Shown: piece after piece, positions 1 through 8,765 of the stretch
How positions within the stretch are numbered: the first letter of the stretch is position 1
How the letters are laid out: every line of letters starts with the position of its first letter
Origin: Actinomycetota bacterium
GTDB lineage: Bacteria > Actinomycetota > Actinomycetes > S36-B12 > UBA10799
Length of the DNA: 64,000 nt
Assembly: GCA_020636995.1 (NCBI GenBank)
Contig: JACJWU010000006.1
Location: 217,087-281,086 of the forward strand
Reading direction: 5' to 3'
Notes under the pieces: model-generated
The model's database searches: none
What the model was told of the DNA's origin: nothing
Seen by the model: only the letters and a program-made list of their open reading frames with translations
Position numbers and translations under genes: made by a program

Positions 1-306
1 GAGACCGAACGGATGCCCCTGGCGGGTCTGGTCCTCAACCGCGTGCAGGAGGTCCGCCTGCCGGATCTCTCGGCGGCCACCGCCCGGGCGGGAGCCGAAC
101 GTCTCGGCGACGAGCACACGTTGGTGGCCGAACTCCTGCGCCTGCACGCCGACCGGATGGAGACGGCCGCCCGGCAGGAGAACGTCGCCCGATCGTTCAC
201 CGGCGCGCATCCGCGGGTGCCGGTGGCGTCGGTCATCGCTCTGGCCGACGACGTGCACGACCTCGAGGGTCTGGAGACGATCGGGGATCTGCTCGCGAAG
301 GGGTGA
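1..306 (+). CDS. ArsA/Get3-like anion-transporting ATPase family protein, C-terminal fragment (5' end outside window)
   Basis: The frame-1 ORF is open to the window edge (track ORF 13..306). The family call rests mainly on neighbourhood: ArsA-like / WhiB4-like / class A PBP / metallophosphoesterase is the order known from mycobacterial Rv3679-Rv3683. No catalytic motif is visible in this fragment. Confidence 0.4.
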   Translation, partial: ETERMPLAGLVLNRVQEVRLPDLSAATARAGAERLGDEHTLVAELLRLHADRMETAARQENVARSFTGAHPRVPVASVIALADDVHDLEGLETIGDLLAKG

Positions 307-333
307 GCTCGAAGGCCGGGGCACCGACCGCCC

Positions 334-457
334 CCGTTTGTGACGTTGTTGTCCCGCGCCTCGCCCGTTTGTCGCGTTGTTGTGGGTTCGGCGGGCACTG
401 AACCCCGCACCTTCGTCACAACAGGGGTCGGAGGCCGGACAACAACGTCACAAAGAC
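334..457. repeat. Composite nested inverted repeat (arms GTTTGTGACGTTGTTGTCC / GGACAACAACGTCACAAA), same family as 25950..26072
   Basis: Outer arms 336..354 and 437..454 are an 18-nt perfect reverse complement. Inner arms are 367..385 and about 403..425. The string CCCGCACCTTCGTCACAA (404..421) recurs as its reverse complement at 25986..26003. Confidence 0.8.
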
Positions 458-536
458 GGTGGGCGGGTTCCACTTGACAAGTATTAGTTGATGCCTCAAC
501 AATATAGGTGAACGATCAATCACTTAGGAGACAACC

Positions 537-1082
537 ATGGCTGACCTCACGCAGTACACCGGAACCTGGACCATCGACCCCACCCACACCCGACTCGGTT
601 TCGTGGCGCGGCACGCGATGGTCACCAAGGTCCGCGGCTCGTTCACCGACTTCAGCGGCTCGCTGACCCTCGACGGGGCGAACCCGGCCGGCTCCAGCGC
701 CGAGGTCACCGTGCAGATGGCCAGCGTCGACAGCGGCACCCCGGACCGCGACGCCCACCTCACCTCGGCTGACTTCTTCAACGTCGAGACGTTCCCGACC
801 ATGACCTTCCAGAGCACCGCGGTGAAGCAGGACGGCGAGGAGTTCGTCATCATCGGCGACCTGACCATCAAGGACGTCACCCGCCCGGTGGAGATCGAGG
901 TGGAACTCGACGGCATCGTCACCGACCCGTGGGGCAACACGCGGGCCGGGTTCGCCGGCGAGACCGAGATCAGCCGCAAGGACTACGGACTGACCTGGAA
1001 CGTCCCGCTCGATGGCGGCGGCGTACTGGTCAGCGACAAGATCAAGATCCAGCTCGACGTGTCGGCCACCAAGTCCGCCTGA
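537..1082 (+). CDS. YceI family (polyisoprenoid-binding) protein
   Basis: The 181-aa ORF has the typical YceI N-terminus (WTIDPTHTRLGFVARHAMVTKVRGSF) and length. AGGAG lies 7 nt upstream of the ATG. Confidence 0.85.
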   Translation: MADLTQYTGTWTIDPTHTRLGFVARHAMVTKVRGSFTDFSGSLTLDGANPAGSSAEVTVQMASVDSGTPDRDAHLTSADFFNVETFPTMTFQSTAVKQDGEEFVIIGDLTIKDVTRPVEIEVELDGIVTDPWGNTRAGFAGETEISRKDYGLTWNVPLDGGGVLVSDKIKIQLDVSATKSA

Positions 1083-1087
1083 AAACG

Positions 1088-1134
1088 TACGACGAAGGGC
1101 CGCTCCCCGAGGTGGGGGGCGGCCCTTCGTCGTA
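1088..1134. terminator. GC-rich hairpin between convergent yceI-like and whiB-like genes
   Basis: TACGACGAAGGGCCGC (1088..1103) pairs with GCGGCCCTTCGTCGTA (1119..1134), a 16-bp perfect stem lying between two stop codons. Confidence 0.6.
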
Positions 1135-1140
1135 GGTTCG

Positions 1141-1485
1141 TCAGGCGAATGCGTGGCGGCGGATGTCGGCCTGTGCCGGGATCTGCCGGGTGGCCGCGTT
1201 CTGCAGGAGGTCGGTCCAGGACTTCACATGGGGACGCTTGCGCAGCAACGCCCGCCGCTCGCGCTCGGTCATCCCCCCCCAGACCCCGAACTCGATGCGG
1301 TTGTCGAGGGCGTCGGCCAGACACTCCATCTTGACCGGGCAGCCGTTGCAGATCTGCTTCACGCGGTTCTGAGCTGCTCCCTGCACGAACATCTCGTCGG
1401 GGTCCGTCTCGCGACAGGCGGCTTCATTGCTCCACGCGACTACATTCAGCACTTCGACTCTTCCCCTCAGTCGGCTTTGGGCCAC
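1141..1485 (-). CDS. whiB: WhiB family redox-sensing transcription factor (WhiB4-like)
   Basis: It has the four-Cys WhiB pattern (AAC...C-x2-C-x5-C: ICNGCPVKMEC) and the GVWGG turn followed by a basic tail. It closely resembles my recollection of M. tuberculosis WhiB4, and the synteny with a ponA2-like gene agrees. Confidence 0.9.
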   Translation of the reverse strand: MAQSRLRGRVEVLNVVAWSNEAACRETDPDEMFVQGAAQNRVKQICNGCPVKMECLADALDNRIEFGVWGGMTERERRALLRKRPHVKSWTDLLQNAATRQIPAQADIRRHAFA

Positions 1486-1767
1486 ACCCCCGAAAGACTG
1501 CTGTAACTGTAGGCAACCCGCAGGCTACCTTTCAGGGCCATTCGTACTACTTAGCCTAGTTCTTTAGGACTATTTGCAGTTGGTCGCACGATGTGTCTGC
1601 GTTACCTACGTCACATCTGCTGATAACCAGCATGGCCCATCCTGTCTGTGCATGCGCAACCGGGGTATACCTTTCCGTTACAAACCCCCCGGACGGCGCA
1701 AGGCCCGGCACCGGATAGCGACCTCGGTGAGTGCGGGCGGAACCGAAGCAACGTACCCTTACGTCTG

Positions 1768-3948
1768 ATGGCTGTGTCGAAGGATCCCCAAAACACATCG
1801 GCGAGTAAGCCGCTGTCCGCTGTCGCGCGCCTCGCGGTCGTCGGCGTCGTGGGCGGCGCCATCATGGCCGCCATGGCAGTGCCCGTCGTCGCCGCCTTCG
1901 GGAAGGCGTCCGAGGTCGCGGGCGAGCAGATCGGCGCCCTTCCCGCGGAGCTGGCCACACCCCCGCTTCCCAACCGCACCTACATGCTGGACGCCGACGG
2001 CAACCGGATCGCGACGCTGTTCGAGGAGAACCGGGTCTCGGTGCCGCTCAGCCAGATCAGCGAGAACATGCAGCGGGCCATCATCGCCGTCGAGGACGAG
2101 CGGTTCTACGAGCACAAGGGTGTGGACGTCCAGGGCCTGATCCGTGCTCAGTTGGAGAACACCGCCAGCGGATCCATCCAACAGGGTGCCTCGACTCTGA
2201 CCATGCAATACGTGCGCAACGTGCTGGTGACGGCCGCTGCCGACGAGGAGCAGGTCGAGGCAGCGGTTGAGCAGACGACCGCACGCAAGCTCCAGGAGAT
2301 CCGCTACGCGGTGCAGGTCGAGCGGGAGTTGACCAAGGACGAGATCCTCAACCGCTACCTGAACATCGCCTACTTCGGATCCGGTGCGTACGGCGTGGAG
2401 GCTGCATCCCGCCGGTACTTCGGCCACAGCGCCAAGAAACTCACCACGGCCGAGGCCGCCACTCTGGCCGGCATCGTGCAATCACCGGTGGGATACGACC
2501 CGCTCGTGAACCCGGAGGACTCCGAGACCCGGCGCAATGCGGTGCTGACGAAGATGGAGTCGCTGGACTACATCACGCCCGAGCAGTACCAGAAGGCCGT
2601 CGGCAAGCCGATCGGCTCCTACCTCAACCCGAAGAAGATCAGTAACGGCTGCGCGGAGAGCAAGTACCCCTTCTACTGCGACTACGCGGTCAAGCAGATC
2701 CTCAACGACCCCAACTACGGCAAGACCACGCAGGACCGCGAGGACTTCCTCAAGCGCGGTGGCCTGGTCATCCGCACAGCCATGCAGCCCAAAGCGCAGG
2801 CCGCCGCGACCAACGCCGTCATGAACACCATCCCGCCGAAGGACCCCAGCAAGAAGGGCGCCGCCATCGCGATGGTGAACCCGCCGACCGGCGAGGTCGT
2901 CGCGCTGGCCCAGAACCGTCTCTGGGGAACCAAGGGCAAGGGCAAGACGACGTACAACTACGCAGTGGACCAGAAGGACGGCGGCACCACCGGCATGCAG
3001 GCTGGGTCGACGTTCAAGATCTTCACGATCGCCGCTGCCATGGAAGCGGGCTTCTCCCCCTACACGGTGCTCGACTCCTCCGACGACAAGAACTTCGCCG
3101 CCGGTCCGTGGGGATGCACCGACGGCAACTACTTCGGCTCCTACACGGTGAGCAACTCGACGTCCTCCGGCGACTTCAACATGCTGCAGGGAACCGCCTT
3201 CTCGGTGAACACGTACTTCGTGGGCCTGGAGCAGCAGGTCGGCCTGTGCCGGACGGTCGACATCGCCAAGCGCACCGGGATGACTCTGGCCAACGGCGCG
3301 GACCTGCCGATCGTGCAGTCGTTCACGCTTGGATCGGTCGAGGTGTCGCCGTTGGCGCTGGCCACGAGCTACGCCACGATGGCCAATCACGGTGTGTACT
3401 GCAAGCCGCATGCGATCACCCGCATCATCGACGAGAAGAGCAGTGGCAAGAAGGTCGTCTCCAAGATCGAGCCGGAATGCCAGCAGGCCGTCAGCCGGGA
3501 GGTCGCGGACTCCGTGACCGCAGTGCTCACCCACGTGGTGGACGGCGGTATCGCCGGTCGCACCGGCGCGGCGATGAGCCTTGGCCGCGACACCACCGGC
3601 AAGACCGGAACCACCGACACCTCCGCCGCGGTCTGGTACGCCGGCTACACGCCGGAGTTGTCGACGGCCGTCTGGGTGGGTGACCCGCGGGGTGGCTTCA
3701 AGTACCCGATGAAGAACGTCTACATCAACGGCAACTACTACGGCCAGGTGTTCGGTTCCAGCCTCCCCGGACCGATCTGGAAGCAGGCGATGCTGGGAGC
3801 GTTGGCGGACACTCCGCCGTCATCCTTCGAGTTGCAGCCGCTGTTCGGACTGCGCACCGCTCGCGGCGGCGGCACGATCCTCCCGCCGAGCTACACGCCG
3901 GCGCCGGCACCGGGGATCGCCACCCCGACGCCGACCTACACACCCTGA
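1768..3948 (+). CDS. Class A penicillin-binding protein (bifunctional transglycosylase/transpeptidase), PonA2-like
   Basis: GT51 motifs are present (AVEDERFYEHKGVD, RKLQE), as are transpeptidase motifs STFK and KTGTT, plus an N-terminal TM helix. The track ORF starts at 1648. I prefer ATG 1768 (MAVSKD...) just before the TM segment, but the start is uncertain. Confidence 0.9.
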   Translation: MAVSKDPQNTSASKPLSAVARLAVVGVVGGAIMAAMAVPVVAAFGKASEVAGEQIGALPAELATPPLPNRTYMLDADGNRIATLFEENRVSVPLSQISENMQRAIIAVEDERFYEHKGVDVQGLIRAQLENTASGSIQQGASTLTMQYVRNVLVTAAADEEQVEAAVEQTTARKLQEIRYAVQVERELTKDEILNRYLNIAYFGSGAYGVEAASRRYFGHSAKKLTTAEAATLAGIVQSPVGYDPLVNPEDSETRRNAVLTKMESLDYITPEQYQKAVGKPIGSYLNPKKISNGCAESKYPFYCDYAVKQILNDPNYGKTTQDREDFLKRGGLVIRTAMQPKAQAAATNAVMNTIPPKDPSKKGAAIAMVNPPTGEVVALAQNRLWGTKGKGKTTYNYAVDQKDGGTTGMQAGSTFKIFTIAAAMEAGFSPYTVLDSSDDKNFAAGPWGCTDGNYFGSYTVSNSTSSGDFNMLQGTAFSVNTYFVGLEQQVGLCRTVDIAKRTGMTLANGADLPIVQSFTLGSVEVSPLALATSYATMANHGVYCKPHAITRIIDEKSSGKKVVSKIEPECQQAVSREVADSVTAVLTHVVDGGIAGRTGAAMSLGRDTTGKTGTTDTSAAVWYAGYTPELSTAVWVGDPRGGFKYPMKNVYINGNYYGQVFGSSLPGPIWKQAMLGALADTPPSSFELQPLFGLRTARGGGTILPPSYTPAPAPGIATPTPTYTP

Positions 3949-4649
3949 CCGATCCCCAGCAGGTCGGCGAGGACATTGAGTTCGAACTCGAAGTACGTGC
4001 GCCGGTCCGATTGTGAGTCCCCCACGACGTTGTGCCTGTGCCCGAAGAGCTCGAACGAGATCGACCCGATGATGTGCGTCCACGCCATCACGCCGAGGGC
4101 GAAGGCCGCATCGTTGAACTCCCGGGTCCGTAGATCCGCCCACTGATCAAGATTCGCCAGCGCGGGGCGCAGGCTGCGGGCCACCCGGGCGTCGAACGCA
4201 GACACGTCGGCCTGCACGTGAGCTTCCTGCAGGATCCCGATCAACAGTGCCGGGATCCGCGTGGCTGGGCCGATCGTGTCCTGCGGCGCCGCATATCCGG
4301 GGACCGGGCTTCCGTAGATGAGGGCGAACCTCTGGGGTTGCTCGATGGCCCAGTCCCGGCTTGCCAGACCGATCACCTGCCAGCGCTTCCGGGCTCCCTT
4401 CATACGCTCGGCGCGCGCCTCCACGGACTGAGCCATGTCGTTGAACGCGCCGACGATCAGCAGTGTGAGCAGCTCGTCGCGGGAGCTGACGTAGCGGTAG
4501 ATCGCGCTCGAGGCCATCCCCAGTTCCCGAGCAACGGCTCGCACCGACAACTCGGACGGACCGGCCTCCAGCAACTGCCGGTTCGCGGAGTCCGTGATCG
4601 CTGCCATGATCGCGGCGCGATTGCGGGCGCGGATCCCTGGTTCACTCAT
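3936..4649 (-). CDS. TetR/AcrR family transcriptional regulator
   Basis: The N-terminal TetR HTH is present (LSVRAVARELGMASSAIYRYVSSRDELL). The protein is 237 aa and is divergent from an oxidoreductase gene. Confidence 0.9.
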   Translation of the reverse strand: MSEPGIRARNRAAIMAAITDSANRQLLEAGPSELSVRAVARELGMASSAIYRYVSSRDELLTLLIVGAFNDMAQSVEARAERMKGARKRWQVIGLASRDWAIEQPQRFALIYGSPVPGYAAPQDTIGPATRIPALLIGILQEAHVQADVSAFDARVARSLRPALANLDQWADLRTREFNDAAFALGVMAWTHIIGSISFELFGHRHNVVGDSQSDRRTYFEFELNVLADLLGIGQGV

Positions 4650-4663
4650 GCTTCGAACTATAT

Positions 4664-4719
4664 GCGAGCAGTGCTCTTGCTTTCTACGCGAGCAGTGCTC
4701 TAAAGTGTGAGCAGTGCTC
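4664..4719. promoter_or_regulatory. Three copies of a GAGCA-N-TGCTC palindrome (candidate TetR operators) in the divergent promoter
   Basis: GCGAGCAGTGCTC occurs at 4664..4676 and 4688..4700, and GTGAGCAGTGCTC at 4707..4719. All lie between the TetR start (4649) and the ATG at 4736. Confidence 0.55.
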
Positions 4720-4735
4720 GCAATAGGAGGAACTC

Positions 4736-5668
4736 ATGAACACGCACGTCATCGTCGGAGCCGGTCAGGTCGGGACTCGTCTAGCAGGCCTGTTGGCCGA
4801 CCAGGGGCACGCGGCCCGTCTGGTCAGCCGCACCGGGAAGTCGATCCCGGGAGTTGAGGGTGTCAGTGCCGACGCTTCGGATCATGCAGCCCTGCTGGAC
4901 GCCACCAGCGGGGCGACGGTGATCTACAACTGCATCAACCCGCCCTACCACCGCTGGGAGCGGGACTGGCCGGCCATGAACGCCAACCTGATCGCGGCGG
5001 CCGAACAGTCCGGCGCCGTCCTTGTGACGCTGAGCAACCTGTACGGCTACGGCGCTGTGGACGGCCCGATGACCGAAGGGACCGCACTATCCGCTCACAC
5101 CCGCAAGGGCCGGGTGCGGGCCCGCATGTGGGAGGAGGCGCTCGCGGCTCACCGCGAGGGGCGCATCCGCACAACAGAGGTACGCGCCAGCGACTACATC
5201 GGGGAGGCGAGCGACCAGACGAACTTCGGCGTGCGCATCTTCCCCCGCATGATGGCGGGCAAGTCGATCATGCTCATGGGCAAGGTCGATCAGCCCCATA
5301 CCTGGACCTACACCGGCGACGCGGCAACGCTGCTGGCTCGGGTCGGACAGGACGAGCAGGCGTGGGGGCGGGCATGGCACGTTCCCAGCTGCGAGCCGCG
5401 AACCCAGGAAGAGGTGATCGCGGATCTCGCGCAGGGGCTCGGTGTTGAGATGCCGAAGATCCGCACCGCCGGCGCGGGCATGCTCCGCGTGGTCGGGTTG
5501 TTCAACAAGCCCGCCGGTGAACTGGTGGAGATGCTCTACGAGTTCGACCGCCCATTCGTCATGGACTCCTCGCTGACCCAGCGCACCTTCGGGCTCGAAC
5601 CCACCCCCTGGGGCGAGATCATCGCGCAGACGCTACGGGCCAATGGCGTGGAGAGCAGCGGGGTGTGA
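4736..5668 (+). CDS. NAD(P)-dependent epimerase/dehydratase family oxidoreductase (atypical SDR)
   Basis: It has an N-terminal Rossmann motif (VIVGAGQVGTRL), is 310 aa, and has AGGAGG upstream of the start. Confidence 0.75.
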   Translation: MNTHVIVGAGQVGTRLAGLLADQGHAARLVSRTGKSIPGVEGVSADASDHAALLDATSGATVIYNCINPPYHRWERDWPAMNANLIAAAEQSGAVLVTLSNLYGYGAVDGPMTEGTALSAHTRKGRVRARMWEEALAAHREGRIRTTEVRASDYIGEASDQTNFGVRIFPRMMAGKSIMLMGKVDQPHTWTYTGDAATLLARVGQDEQAWGRAWHVPSCEPRTQEEVIADLAQGLGVEMPKIRTAGAGMLRVVGLFNKPAGELVEMLYEFDRPFVMDSSLTQRTFGLEPTPWGEIIAQTLRANGVESSGV

Positions 5669-5788
5669 GGGTCGAGCGCCTGCTGAGCCGGCGCGGGAGA
5701 TGGGGCTCGTCGGCCGCTAAACCCCCCGGACTACCTGAACCCCACCGGACGGCGTGGGCCACCGGACGCGGGAGTCCCTTGGAGCGGT

Positions 5789-6250
5789 TCAGCCCTGCAG
5801 GCGTTGCCGCACGATCCCCGAAACGGTCTTGCCATCGGCGCGGCCCTTCGTGGCGGCAGTGACCTTCTGCATGACCGGGCCCATCGCGGCCATGCCAGTC
5901 TTCCCGTCGGCAGCGACCTCGGCGATCGCCTGGTCGATGATGGCCGAGACCTCGTCCGCCGTGAGCGGCGTCGGCAGGTACGTGGTCAGTACGCCGAGTT
6001 CGGCCTCTTCCCGATCGGCGAGTTCCGGGCGGTTGGCGTCACGGTAGGCGGTCGCAGACTCCCGGCGCTTCTTGGCCTCCTTGTCCAGGACGGTGAGCAC
6101 CTCGTCGTCCGACAACTCCTTGGCCTGCTTTCCAGCGACCTCAGCATTGGTGACCGCCGCCAGTGCCATGCGCAGGGTCGCGGCCGTCAACTCGTCGCGG
6201 GACTTGATCGCCGCGCGCAGGTCGGATTGGAGGGTCTCTTTCAGTGCCAT
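5789..6250 (-). CDS. GatB/YqeY domain-containing protein
   Basis: The full-length 153-aa protein resembles the YqeY family (LKxxLxxDLxxAxKxxD..., LxxYLP). Confidence 0.85.
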   Translation of the reverse strand: MALKETLQSDLRAAIKSRDELTAATLRMALAAVTNAEVAGKQAKELSDDEVLTVLDKEAKKRRESATAYRDANRPELADREEAELGVLTTYLPTPLTADEVSAIIDQAIAEVAADGKTGMAAMGPVMQKVTAATKGRADGKTVSGIVRQRLQG

Positions 6251-6324
6251 GTGGTCATCCTGTCATGTGACCTCGGCCATAGCCCCGGGGTTTGTGCGCG
6301 TGCGACCATGGTCTGGTGCATGCG

Positions 6325-7203
6325 ATGGCGAAGGTTGGTCTAGCGGGCATCGGAGCCGGTGCCGCAACGCTGGCCTATGCGCTGTGGGAAGCCCACCAGT
6401 TCACTCTGCGCTCGATCCGAGTCGAGGTGCTCGCGCCCGGCTCCCGCCCGGTTCGCGTGCTCCAGTTGACCGACCTTCACCTGACGCCCACCCAGCAGGA
6501 CAAGATGGCCTGGGTCAGGGCTCTGGCCGATCTGGACCCCGATTTCGTGATCCTCACCGGCGATCTGCTCGGCCACATGGATTCCGTGCCCTACCTGGCC
6601 AAGACCCTCGAGCCGCTCAACGGCGTTCCGGGCGTTTTCGTCTTCGGGTCCAACGACTACTGGAGCCCGAAGACGGTCAACCCGTTCAAGTACTTCATCA
6701 AGAATCGTGAACCCGTCATGTCGACGCGTCGGCTGCCGACCGACGAACTAGAGTCCGAGTTGCTGAACGCGGGATGGCAGAGCCTGAACAACGAGCGAGG
6801 CCGCCTCCGGGTGCTCGGCAACGAGATCGACATGCGCGGGGTCAACGATCCACACATCCGCCTCGATCGATACGACGATGTGGCCGGACAGTTCGATCCA
6901 GAAGCGTCCTTGCGCCTCGGCGTGACCCACGCGCCGTATCTGCGGGTGCTGGATCCCATGGCCACCGACGGCGCCGACCTCATCATCGCCGGGCATACAC
7001 ACGGCGGACAGGTGTGCGTGCCTGGCTACGGCGCGCTGGTGACCAACTGCGATCTGGACGGCAAGCGGGCGAAGGGCCTGTCCCGTCATCAGGGCGCGGC
7101 GCTGCACGTCAGCGCAGGTCTGGGCACGAATCCGTATGCGCCGGTGCGGCTGGCCTGCCCCCCCGAGGCCACGATGCTGTACCTCGTGCCTCGCAGCCGA
7201 TAG
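6325..7203 (+). CDS. Metallophosphoesterase (calcineurin-like) with N-terminal TM helix
   Basis: Motifs LTDLHL, GDLLG and GHTHGGQ are present. The synteny partner of ponA2 in mycobacteria is Rv3683. The track ORF begins at TTG 6292; I prefer ATG 6325, but the start is uncertain. Confidence 0.85.
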   Translation: MAKVGLAGIGAGAATLAYALWEAHQFTLRSIRVEVLAPGSRPVRVLQLTDLHLTPTQQDKMAWVRALADLDPDFVILTGDLLGHMDSVPYLAKTLEPLNGVPGVFVFGSNDYWSPKTVNPFKYFIKNREPVMSTRRLPTDELESELLNAGWQSLNNERGRLRVLGNEIDMRGVNDPHIRLDRYDDVAGQFDPEASLRLGVTHAPYLRVLDPMATDGADLIIAGHTHGGQVCVPGYGALVTNCDLDGKRAKGLSRHQGAALHVSAGLGTNPYAPVRLACPPEATMLYLVPRSR

Positions 7204-7230
7204 GGCGGTCGGTATCCTTGCAGAGCAAGC

Positions 7231-7290
<60 letters not shown>

Positions 7291-7307
<17 letters not shown>

Positions 7308-7521
7308 AGTGAAATGGGACTCCACGAAGTGGGGTCCCATTTCACTTGGTCGAGAAGGCCAAGGATTTGGGAGGACCGAGGCCGCAGGCCGAGGGACGGC
7401 TCCCGCCACCCCGACCAATGACAAAGGGGCTCCACGAAGTGGGTCCCTTTGTCATTGCGTTGGGTCAGGCCACGGAACCGGAGGGCTGCGACGGAGTCGG
7501 CCCGACGGCTCCCGCCACCCC
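7291..7521 (+). repeat. Direct repeats of the tRNA-Pro 3' end, each full copy followed by a hairpin
   Basis: TCCCGCCACCCCGACCA occurs at 7291..7307 (the tRNA 3' end) and again at 7401..7417. GACGGCTCCCGCCACCCC occurs at 7395..7412 and 7504..7521. Hairpins lie at about 7306..7349 and 7416..7457. Confidence 0.85.
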
Positions 7522-7530
7522 CCCCAAACC

Positions 7531-7842
7531 TCAGGCTCGGTCGCTTGGTCGTCCCGCCACCTCACCCGGCGTCGCCTGCACCAACACCTCGTAGGCACTC
7601 ACCCGATCCGCCGCGCTCACCATGACCGGGGCCGCGGCAACTTTGGCGTCGAACGACCCGAACCCGCGGCGCATCGAACCGACATCACGCCACTGGGTGC
7701 TGATGATCCAGACCTCGGGTTCGTCGGGGCTACGTGCGACCTGGCCCGACAGGAAACCATCAGCTCCGGCCAGCACCTCCAGCAACTCCCGGGCGGGATC
7801 CAGGAACTCGTCGCCTGCCCGGTGCTCAGTCACCACGATCAT
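7531..7842 (-). CDS. Antibiotic biosynthesis monooxygenase (ABM) domain protein
   Basis: The 103-aa protein has an ABM-like pattern (WIISTQWRDVGSMRRGFGS). Confidence 0.6.
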   Translation of the reverse strand: MIVVTEHRAGDEFLDPARELLEVLAGADGFLSGQVARSPDEPEVWIISTQWRDVGSMRRGFGSFDAKVAAAPVMVSAADRVSAYEVLVQATPGEVAGRPSDRA

Positions 7843-7882
7843 GTCCTCAAGCCTGCCACGCGCGCCCGGGCCCTAGCCTGGG

Positions 7883-8656
7883 GTGATGCGGCTGGTACCG
7901 AAGCACTGGAGCACGCAAACGTGGTGGTGCTCGATGCACGGCCACGTCGTCCCCGGGGCGCAGGCGCGATACCCCGACCGGCAACTACAGGTTCCCCTCG
8001 ACGAGGGCACCCAACTCGCCCGCTGCCTGCGGTGTGACGCGTGGGTGCACACACCGACCCCGCCCGCCGACGCACCGACCTCCGAGCTCCCACGCCCCCT
8101 GCGCGGCAAGGCGCTCGACGAACTCGTGGTCATCCGGGCGATCGCCCTGGAACGCGGGTTGCACGTGCTCTTCTTCCTCGCGATGGGGGTGTTGCTGGTC
8201 CTGGTGGAAGTGGGGCTCCCCGCCCTGCAGCGCGACGCGCAGGTCATTCTCCAAGGATTGGACCAGACCCGGTCCGGCCACCAGTTCCTCGCCCGGTGGC
8301 TCAACGATCTGGTCAACCTCGACGGCGGGCACGTCTGGGTCCTTGCCCTCATCGCGTTCGGCTACGCGGCCCTCGAGGCGGTGGAGGCCGTCTTCCTATG
8401 GCGCGGCAAACGCTGGGCGGAGTACCTCACGGTTGTGGCGACAGCAGCTTTCCTGCCGCTGGAGATCTACGAGATCGCCGAGAAGGCCAGCCTGCTCAAG
8501 GTCGGCGCGTTACTGGTCAACCTTGTGATCCTCGCCTACCTGATCTGGGCTAAGCGGCTCTTCGGTGTCCGCGGCGGACTGGCGGCGCTGGACCGTGAGC
8601 TGGCGGCCGACGTGGACTGGGAGGACATCCACGCCCACGCACCGACCGTAGGCTGA
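7883..8656 (+). CDS. DUF2127-like integral membrane protein with Cys-rich N-terminus
   Basis: A CxxC pair (CLRCDAW) is followed by about 4 TM segments. The overall resemblance to DUF2127 proteins is from memory. Confidence 0.55.
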   Translation: MMRLVPKHWSTQTWWCSMHGHVVPGAQARYPDRQLQVPLDEGTQLARCLRCDAWVHTPTPPADAPTSELPRPLRGKALDELVVIRAIALERGLHVLFFLAMGVLLVLVEVGLPALQRDAQVILQGLDQTRSGHQFLARWLNDLVNLDGGHVWVLALIAFGYAALEAVEAVFLWRGKRWAEYLTVVATAAFLPLEIYEIAEKASLLKVGALLVNLVILAYLIWAKRLFGVRGGLAALDRELAADVDWEDIHAHAPTVG

Positions 8657-8698
8657 GCCCCCTACCGCCGGTCCTGCCGCGTGGAACCCCGCTGGTCC

Positions 8699-8719
8699 GA
8701 TCCCCCGCTCGGGGGGATG
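8699..8719 (+). terminator. Short GC hairpin after the DUF2127-like gene
   Basis: ATCCCCC-GCTCG-GGGGGAT, a 7-bp stem lying 45 nt after the stop. No U tract follows. Confidence 0.35.
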
Positions 8720-8765
8720 CGGTGGGTGCGCCAGAGCGCTGGACTGGCGGCCAGGAGGTCCGACC

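Noticed and set aside
7308-7530. A genomic island integrated at tRNA-Pro.
   Set aside because: The repeats delimit only about 220 bp. There is no integrase, excisionase or cargo, and the next gene (an ABM-domain protein) has typical composition. I report it as att-like scars rather than as a mobile element.
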